Part shown: piece by piece, positions 54,411 through 64,000 of the stretch
Layout: every line of letters starts with the position of its first letter
Numbering within the stretch: the first letter of the stretch is position 1
NCBI RefSeq assembly: GCF_009914755.1
Contig: NC_060942.1
DNA: 64,000 bases
Direction: 5' to 3' (one strand)
DNA from: the human T2T-CHM13v2.0 reference genome, Homo sapiens
Notes under the pieces: generated by a model
Seen by the model: only the letters and a program-made list of their open reading frames with translations
The model's database searches: none
Told to the model about the DNA's origin: nothing
Translations under genes and position numbers: made by a program

Positions 54411-57400
54411 CAGTGCCCTTGGCTATATCTCTTCTACCCCAACATTAAAGCCTGCTTTCCAGAAACCCTCCCAGCTTCCCTCTCAGGAAACTGAGTTCCT
54501 TGAAGCCAGAACATTATCCTGTTATGCATCTTGGTCTTCCCAGGGCGTGCATGGCACCTTACAGGTGCTCTGTGAGTCACTCAGGCACATAGTGACAGAT
54601 CGTTACAAAAACATTACAAAGAAATGAAGCTTCAGAATTTGGAAAGTGATGTCAGCAAGATGGTACAATAGGAGTCTCCAATGCTCGTCTCCTTGCAGAA
54701 AAGTAAGTTTGAACCACAATCAACACATAAACTTACCTTCAGAAGAGTTAAGGAATCTAGGTGTGAGATTACTGCACTTGTGTGAAGCAAATAAAACACA
54801 TATTGAAGAGAGTAGGAGGGACAATTTCACATTACTTGTGTCACCTTTCCCCTAAGCTTATGCAGCACACAGAAAAAGACCCTCTACATGGGAGAAGGAG
54901 AGTGAGGTGAACACCTGACTTTGTTGTGGACCCCAGCACCAGGCTTATCCCAGTGAACCCTGATGCCAGGCCAGTTCCCACAGCCCCATGCTCCAGGTTG
55001 TCACCCATGAACCCAGTTTCTAGGCCTGTCCCAGCACCAGGGTATCTCCCAAGGACTCAGCCTTCAGGCAAGCCTCTGTAGAGTCAGATTTCAGGCCTAC
55101 CACAATGCCCTCTGGCCCCTGTGTCCCAGGCTCCAGGTTGACCCCCATAGACTCAGGCTTCAGGTTGGCCCCTGTGAACCTAGGCTTCAGGCCCACCCCA
55201 GCATCATGCCAGCTCCCATCTCCCTAGGCTCTAGGCCAGCCCATGTGGACACAGGCACCAGGGCTGCCCACCCCCTGACCTTGGCACCAGGCCAGCCCAT
55301 CTGCACACCCTACCAGCCAGCCTGCATAGACTCTCTGGACAGGCTAACTGATGCAGAGCTTTCACTGTTGAGGCCTATTTGTAAAGACCAAAAGACGTGT
55401 GTACTTCTTCAAGTGCATAGACACCAATGCATGGCCACAAGAATCATAAATAATCATGGAAACATGCCATCACCAAAAGGACAAAATAAAGCACCAGAAA
55501 CTGACCCTAAACATATTGAGATCTATTAACTGCCTGACAAGTTAAAATTATCATCTTAAAGGAGCTCAGTGAGTTACAAGAGAAAAAGATAGACAACTAA
55601 ACAAAATCAGAACAGCAGTACAAGAACAAAATGAGAAGTTCAGCAAAGATATACAGATGATTAAAAGAACAAAACAGAAAGTCTGCAGCTGAAGAACACA
55701 ATGACTAAACTGAAAAATTTGATAGAGATCTTTAACAGCAGTCTCAATCAAGAAGAAGAAAGAATGAACAAGCTTGAAGACAGGTCAACAAGCTTGATAG
55801 ACTAGGTCACTAGTCTATCCAGTCAGAGGAACAAAAAGGAGAAAAAGGAAAAAGGGTGCAGAAAGCCTAGGGGACTTGTGTGACACCATGAGGTGAACCA
55901 ATATATACATTATGAGAGTCCCAGAAGGAGCAGAGAAAGAGAATGGGGAAGAAAGTTTATTTAAAGAAATAATGACAGAAAACGTCCCAAAACTAGACAA
56001 GGAAATGAACATCCAGATCCACGAAATTCCAAAAACCCAAAATATATTAAACATAAAGAGAACTTCACTAAGACACTAAACAAATTCTCAAAAGTCACAA
56101 AGAAATAATTTTGAAAACAGCAAAAGAAAATGGACTCATTGCATATAAGGGAACTTCCATAAGTTTAATAGTGAATTTCTCAGCAGACACCTTGCAGTGC
56201 AGGACATAGTAGAATGATATATTCAAATCATTAAGAGAAAAAAAATCCTGCCAATAAAGAATACTAAAACCAGCAAAATTGTCCTTCTGAAATAAAGGGG
56301 AGATAAAGACTTTCCCAGACAAATAAAAGATGAAGAAGTTCATTACCACTAGAACTTCCTTACAGGAAATGCTAAAGAGAGTTCTTCAAATTGAAATGAA
56401 AGTGTATGCTAACAACATGAAAACATATGAAAGCATAAAACTTACTGGTTAAAACTAATATGTAGTCAAATTTAGAATTCTCCAATACTGTAATGTGGGG
56501 CATAAATCACTTATAACTCTATTATGAAAGTTAAAAGACACAAATATTAAAAACAACTATAGCTATAATTATTAATGGATACTCAATTACAAAGGTATAA
56601 AGTGTGATATCAATAACATAAATTGTGTGTGTGTAAGTAAAAATATAGAGACTTTCTATGTGATTGTAGTTAAGCTGTTATCAGCTTAAAAAGCCTATGA
56701 AAATTCTAAGATGTTTTATGTAATCATCATGATAACTACAAAGGAAAAAAAACCCTAGTAGAGACAGAAAAAATAAAGGAATCAAAGCATACCACTACAA
56801 AAAAATCAACAAATCACATCACATTGTATCCCATAAATATGTACAATTATTGTGTCAAAAAATTTTAAAATGACAAAATAGCAAGAGAGAAAGAAACCAA
56901 GGAATTACAAAACAGTAAAAAAATTAACAAAATGGCAATAATGAGTACTTACTTATGATCACGAATTACTTTAAATGTAAAGAGATTAATTACTTGAAAT
57001 GTAAAGAGATTCTCCAATCAAAAGACAGAGTGGCTGATCAGTTTTTTAAAAAGGATCCAAAAATATGCTGCTTACAAGAGACTCACTTTAGTTTTAAGGA
57101 CACACATAGGCTGAATTGAAGACATGGAAAAAGATATCCCATGCAATTGGTAACAAAAAGAGAGCAAGAGTGGCTATATTTATATTAAATAAACTAGACT
57201 TTCGGTCAAAGTCTGTCACAAGAGACAATGAAAGTCACTATGTAATGATAAAGGGATAAATTCATCAAGAGGATATAATCATTGCAAATATATATGCACC
57301 CAACTTTAGAGCACCTAAATAAAAAGCAAATATTGACAGTACTGGAGGGAGAAATAGATAGCAATACAAAAATAGTAGGAGACTTCAAAACCCCACTTTC

Positions 57401-57680
57401 AACAATGAATGGATCATTCAGACAGATAATTTTCTTTTCTACTGTTTAAGGAAACAGTAGACCTGAATAACACTATCAGCCAAATGGGCCTAACAGACCT
57501 ATATAGAACATTCCATCCAACAGCATCAGAACAAATTCTTTCCTAGTGTACATGGAACATTATCCAGGATAGATCATATGTTAGGCCACAAAACAAGTCT
57601 TAATAAATTTAAGAGGATTAAAGTCATATCAAGTATCTTTTCCAACCACATAGTATAAAACTAGAAATCAGTAACATGAA

Positions 57681-57975
57681 TGTAGTAGTCTGTTTTCATT
57701 CCACACGGCTGGGGAGGCCTCAGAATCATGGCAGGAGGCAAAAGGTACTTCTTACATGGCGATAGCAAGAGAAAATGAGGAAGAAGCAAAAGCGGAAACC
57801 CCTGATAAATCACATCAGATCTCGTGAGACTTATTCACTATCATGAGAATAGCATGGGAAAGACCTGCCCCCATGATTCAATTACCTTCCTCTGGGTCCC
57901 TCCCACAACACATGGGAATTCTGGGAGACACAATTCAAGTTGAGATTTGCATGGGGACACAGCCAAACCATATCA
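57681..57975 (-). mobile_element. THE1 solo LTR (THE1C-like) with internal deletion
   Basis: ...GGGGACACAGCCAAACCATATCA terminus; 5-bp TSD ATGAA (57676-57680 / 57976-57980). Confidence 0.9.
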
Positions 57976-58297
57976 ATGAAGAAAATTAGAAAATTCACAA
58001 ATATGTGAAAATTAAACAACATGCTCATGAACAACAATGAGCCAAAGAAGAAATAAAAAAATAACTTGAGACAAATGGAAATGGAAACACAACATACCAA
58101 AACTTATGTGACGCAGAAAAAGCAGTGCTAAGAGGAAAGTTGATAGTGATAAATACCTATGTTAAGAAAAAGGAAGGATCTCAAATAAACAACATAACTT
58201 CATACCTCAAGGAACTAGAAAAAGAACAAACTAAGTCCAAAGTTAGCAGAAGGAAGGAAATGGAGATCAGAGCAGAAATAAAAGAAACAGAAGCTAG

Positions 58298-58617
<320 letters not shown>

Positions 58618-60149
58618 GAAAGATAAAATTGACAAACCTTTAACTAGACTAAGAAAAAAAGAGTAGATTCAAATAAATAAAATCAGAAATGAGAGACATT
58701 ACAACTAACACCAGAGAAATATGAAGGATCATATGAGACTACTGTAAACAATTATACACAAAAAATTGGATAATATAAAATAAATGAATAAATTCCTAGA
58801 AACATACAACCTCCCAGGACTGGATCAAGAGGAAATAGAAAATTTAAACAGACCTATAATTAGTAAGAAGATTGAATTGGGTATAAAAAAATCTCCCAAG
58901 ATAGAAAAGCCCAGAGCCTGATGGCTGGACTAGTGAATTCTACCAAGACCTTAAGGGCAATTAATGCTAATCCTCAAATTCTTTCAAAAAACTGAAGAGA
59001 AGGGAACACTTCCAAACTCATTTACAAGGCCAACATTAGACTGATACCAAAGCCAGACAAACCCACTGCAAGAAACAAACATTACAGGCCAGTATCCCTG
59101 ATGAACTTAGATGCAGAAATTCTCAACAAAATACTAGCAAACTGAATCTAGCAGCACGTTAGCAGGGTCATTCACCATTATTAAGTGGGCTCTATATCTG
59201 GGATGCAAAGATGATTCAACATATGCAAATCAATAACCGTGATACAGCAGTTAAAACAGTTAAGAATACAAATCATATGATCATCTCAGTGGATGCAGAG
59301 ATGCATTTGTCAAAGTTCATTATCCTTTTATGATAAGAGATCTCAGCAAATTAGATATATAAAGAATGTACGTGAACACAATAAAGACGATATGTAACAA
59401 ACCTATAGCTACCATCATAGTCAATGGGGAAAAGCTGGAAGATTTTCCTCTGAGATCAGAAACAAGACAAACACACCTACTCTCACCACTTCTATTCTAC
59501 AAACTGGAAGTCCTAACCAAAGCAATTAGGCAAGAGAAAGAAACAAAAGTGACCCAAATTGGAAAGGAAGAAGTTAAATTATCTCTGTTTGCTGATGACA
59601 TAATCTTATCTACGGAAAATCCTAAAGACTTTACCAGAAAACTGTTAGAACCAATAAACGAATTCAGTAAAGTTGCGGGATAAAAATCAACATACAAAAA
59701 TTAGTAGCATTTTAATACAATAACAATAAACTATCAGGAATAGAAATTGAGAAAACAATTTCATTTACAACACTATAAAAATACTTAGGAATAAATTTAA
59801 CCTAAATTAGGGCCTTCTGGGGGCTGGAGGGAAATGATGCAAGAAAGAGGAAGAAGAAAGCCTGTCCTCTCTCACCCCATGGACTCTGAAAAGAAGAAGG
59901 GAGATGAAAGAGACTCAAGACAGTTGGTTGACAGTGTGCTCTTTCCTGTCCCTCTTGCTCCCGAGGCAGCACTTCAATGTGCATTGGACTTGCATTACAA
60001 AGTTAGCGAGGTAAGGAGAGACTTTATATCACCGTGGCATATGGTACATTTACCCAGCACACCTTGAAGGAGACTGCAGACTCCAGGGAGGCTCCAAGAT
60101 CTCACATGGCCCAAGAGCAGGAGTGCAGAGTTGGGTGAGCCAAGGCAGT

Positions 60150-60628
60150 TGACAAAGATTTTTTGTTTGACCAACCTTTAGTCAGGCTCCTGAAGCTTCT
60201 CCTTGGCCCATGCATGCACTTCCATGTAAAATCTCGTTTTAGCAAGAACCCTGTTAAGACAGTTTAAGAACCTTCTGTCCTTGATGTCTAATAATTCTTG
60301 ATATTTGATCCAGTTCCCTATCCTCCACCATCCTCTAGGTGATGTATGATCACCCTACCCTGTCTTCAGCAAGGACTCTGTTAGGTCAGCGTAGCCAGAA
60401 TCCACTTTATCCTGGATGTTTACTCTTAGTAATTTTCCATTCACTGACACCCCTGCTCCTTGGCTATACCTTCCTACTTGCTCAGGATGCATTCAGAGTT
60501 GACCCCAATCTCTCTCCCCCACTGCAAAATCCCACAGCTGTGGTCCCTATACCTATTGTGATGGTCCTGAATAAAGTCTACCTTACTGTGCCTTAACAAG
60601 GTATCATTGAATAATTTTTTCTTTAATA
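60150..60628 (+). mobile_element. MER31 (ERV1) solo LTR
   Basis: TGACAAAGATT...TTGACCAA..TTAGTCAGGCTCCTGAA; TTTTAGCAAGAACCCTG; AATAAA near the 3' end. Confidence 0.8.
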
Positions 60629-61975
60629 CAGTGAACTTCTTACAGACCTGGCTTGGCCTGCAGGGAGTAGAGATGAGGGATGCAGAGGGGCAAGGAGATT
60701 GACAAAGGTCTGGAATCTGCAGCAACCAGGGTATTTATTTATAGCTGGAGGTGAATGACTTGGGCTTGGACCCCAGGTGTGGGTGCTGGCAAGACTTGTC
60801 AGCAAGCTGGATGGATAAGTTCTCCTTAGGGGTCCTGAATCCAGAAAGTGGTTAGAGCAGGCATTCTTTGCAGAGTCAGCAGGATTCAGACACTACTGCA
60901 TGGGTAAGAGGACCCCTGCCAGTCTCCTCCCAAGCCACCTGTCTCCCCAAACCCTCTCTCCCAGAGGGTAGAGGGAGGGAGAGCAGCAGAAAGGAGAGGA
61001 AATTGGCTTGAAAGAGACGGGGTCACTGAAAAGGGACTATTTATACCAGAAGAGATCAGGATAGCACTAGCTGAAGTGTGTAAGCCCACTGAGATGGGTA
61101 CTAGTGAAGAAAAGGACATTATTTTTATAAAATAAATAAATTATATTCATTTTTTTGTCTAGATTGGAACCTCTCTTAAAGAGTGTATCTCTTATCCCTC
61201 TGGTCAGGGAGAACAAGATAAGTGACTGGGTTGCCCAGATCACGGTGTTGTTTTTCAAACTTTCTTGATGGTGGACAATGTTCTTTGGCCAGCAACTCTG
61301 GTTATCCTAAGTGCTGCTGGCCAGTGCTGGGGGGCCTGGAATATCCCTGGTGGGATCTGCAGCACCTCAGTCGTCATGGTTTGCTCTGCATCTCTCCTCC
61401 TTCTGTATGTTGGCTGCCATCTCCTCTCTCAGCACCCGCTCTCCTGTGCTGCCCTTTCCAGATGGTGGAGGGTGCATCTTCACGGCTCCGCAGATTCCTG
61501 GTTACAGCAGAGCCATATGTAGACCCACTGCAGCCCATGCTCCAGAGATGGGGAGCAAGTGTCCATCCCGGGACCATCCAAAGATGCCACAGTCAGCACT
61601 AATATGGGGACTGAAGGTTCCTCCGATGAGCAGGTGGGCAGTTCCCAGAGAACGAGGCAGGGGTGTGCTGCACCCACTCCTGGCAGGTGCTGCCCCTTCT
61701 TCTTTCTGGGCGTGAAGAGCTTCCTGTCTCCATGGCCAGGCTCATTTTTCCTGTCTAGAATGCTCCTGAAATGCCCCTTCCTGCATAAAGTCTTTCCTAG
61801 TTTTGTTTTTGTATTTCTTTTAGGACACTTACCTGTACTGTAACTATTTTGTGCTCTATGCAGTTTGCCTCAGGGATAGCAATTGTGACTGTTCAGGCTT
61901 TGGAGCACACAGTGCCTTGGAGGTGTCCCAGGTTGATGTTAAATTGAGTTGTTTATAAATAAGTGACCAAGATTT

Positions 61976-62111
61976 TGACAAAGATTTTTTGTTTGACCAA
62001 ACTGAAGTCAGGCCCCTGAACCTTCTCCTAGACCCATATGTGCATTTCCTTGTAAAATCCAGTTTTAGCAAGAGCCCTGTTAAGACAGTTTAGCAATAAC
62101 CTTTCATCCTT
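61976..62111 (+). mobile_element. Second MER31 LTR, 5' ~135 bp only
   Basis: Same start as 60150, roughly 85% identical by eye; ends abruptly at (TA)n. Confidence 0.8.
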
Positions 62112-62329
62112 TATATATATATATATATAAAATAACTGTAGATTCCAGTTAATTAGTCCGATGTAATTATACATCTTAGGACACCACACAGGCAAGAGTT
62201 TCATATCCTCTTCCTTCATTGTCTGGACCAGAAAACATATATTATAGTAATGTTATATATATATAAAATATAATGTTATATATATATAATGTAATGTTTT
62301 ATATATATATAAAAATATAATGTAATATA

Positions 62330-62483
62330 TTAAAGAGTGTATCTCTTATCCCTCTGGTCAGGGAGAACAAGATAAATGACTGGGTTCCCCAGATCACAGG
62401 TGTTGTTTTTCGAACTTCCTTGATGGTGGACAAGGTTCTTTGGCCAGCAGCTCTGGTTACCCTAAGTGCTGCTGGCCAGCACT
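62330..62483 (+). repeat. Dispersed direct copy of 61176-61328
   Basis: TTAAAGAGTGTATCTCTTATCCCTCTGGTCAGGGAGAACAAGATAA...CCTAAGTGCTGCTGGCCAG; about 94% identical. Confidence 0.95.
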
Positions 62484-62538
62484 TATATATATAATATATA
62501 TATTTATATATAATGTAATATATATGTATATATGTATG

Positions 62539-62541
<3 letters not shown>

Positions 62542-62588
<47 letters not shown>
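62542..62588. repeat. (CA)n microsatellite in TA-rich filler
   Basis: About 23 CA units flanked by (TA)n. Confidence 0.95.
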
Positions 62589-62600
<12 letters not shown>

Positions 62601-64000
62601 ATGTAATGTTTTCTGGTCCAGACAATGAAGGAAGAGGATATGAAACTCTTGCCTGTGTGGTGTTGTAAGATGTATAATTACATCAGACTAATTAACTGGA
62701 ATCTACAGTGCTGGGGACATTGAAACAAGGTTCAGCTACATCATATGAACAGGCCCACTCACCCAGATGAGGCTGGCAGGTCTGTAGACCACTGGGGGTC
62801 TGCCATGCCAGTCATTGCACAGCTTTAGCAAGCTCCATCTGCTACCTGTGAACCAGTGCTCAGCTGGCTAAGTATATCTGGAGGATTTTTCCTTCCTCAC
62901 AGCGTCAAACGGCAGGCGGCAGGCACAGACCAGAGCTGGCCAGTTCCTCCATCAGGGTTGTGTGCAGATGTCGACTGTCCTTCAGGGGGTCTAGATAGCC
63001 TGTGGCCCTCAGACACCCTGTGTGAAAACCCTTGTCTTCAAAGTGTATGCAGGAAGGAGGCTGCACAAGGACACAGATAATAGGGGCTCTGCTTGTGATG
63101 TTCTCAAGGGCAGGACTGCAGCTTAGCAGCTTCTAATCGTTGAGAACCCAAATTCCTCATATTCACCATATTTTGTCCTTTAAAACTACACAAGGTTAAG
63201 TATTTGCATCCATTGACTACACCTTGCACACAAGATACCTTAGTTACTAAGATGGCAAGGAACTTGCTCAAGACTGTACAGCTTTCACACTCCCGCATAT
63301 ACCCAATATCTAGCACAATGCGTGACACACTATAGGAGTAATTAATTGTGCTTTGATTTTAATTCAACGTAATTTCTCTTTAAGTTCACAAATTTTTCAA
63401 CTTATTATTTTTGTGGGCTTAAGGAAACATACTCTATTCTCTTGTAAGGCAGAGGTAAATCCAGTGCTGATATTGATGTTGAAAATGTTAATTACAAGGA
63501 TATTGATGACAATATTGTTGTTAACACAAAGCAAAAGGCAAAGATTGGAGAGGATCAATCCTCCAGATGTCACATTTTGAGCCCTCCATTTTTGCACATG
63601 GAATCTTTTGCTGCTCCATTTCCTCACTATCTACTGAAACAATCCAAGGGAGCATTGGTTTAATATGTGGCTGGTGACACCCAACTCCACCTGGCTGGTC
63701 ATGGGCTCCACCTAACACAGAGGCCACGCACAGCCCCAAACCCTCCCTTTGCTCTTCAGCAGTCTTTGTGCTACTCCCTGAGCTTTATTTTTAAAAGCCT
63801 CATGGGGGCAGTGAATCTACAAATATTGTATTTCAATCTACAATGGGCTTTAGCTCAAGGTCAGAAGCTATGCCTGAGACAGATGGCCCAGGGCTTTGCT
63901 GGCACTTCAGGGAAGTGTGTTAGACACACAGGAATGGTCTTTGCAGTTGCTTATGATGGGGGTGGAGACAAAAGCCTAAGGAGAGGGTTTTGAGATTTGA

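Larger units (their letters stand above)
62135..62709. repeat. 104-bp inverted repeat (62135-62238 / 62606-62709)
   Basis: Arms are reverse complements with 3 mismatches. Confidence 0.95.

Noticed and set aside
54930-55330. CRISPR-like spaced repeats
   Set aside because: Degenerate repeats within an old L1 5'UTR; eukaryotic context, no constant repeat-spacer period, no cas genes
62463-62485. Snap-back hairpin TAAGTGCTG-CTGGC-CAGCACTTA at the end of the direct copy
   Set aside because: CAGTGCT vs CAGCACT is more simply explained by opposite-strand decay of an ancestral CpG; not independent evidence of fold-back synthesis

Overview
Primate (most likely human) genomic DNA holding the 3' half of VAPA (VAMP-associated protein A; human chr18p11.22 from prior knowledge) on the + strand. 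It contains an alternatively spliced 135-nt linker exon (2295-2429), the coiled-coil exon (7771-7944), the terminal transmembrane exon (CDS 11429-11587) and a ~5.8 kb 3'UTR ending near 17397. The remaining ~46 kb looks intergenic and is dominated by transposable elements: Alus, MIR/L2, Tigger/hAT fossils, MaLR and ERV LTRs, a full-length decayed L1PA carrying a MER9 (HERV-K/HML-3) solo LTR in its 5'UTR, and an old 3'-truncated L1M. Nearly all ORF-track calls outside VAPA and the L1s look spurious. I found no new gene system. The most unusual structure is a complex templated-insertion scar at ~61976-62709: a truncated MER31 LTR, a 104-bp inverted copy of downstream DNA and a 154-bp direct copy of upstream DNA, joined by TA-rich filler. 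Repeat subfamily calls come from remembered consensus sequences and need RepeatMasker/Dfam confirmation.
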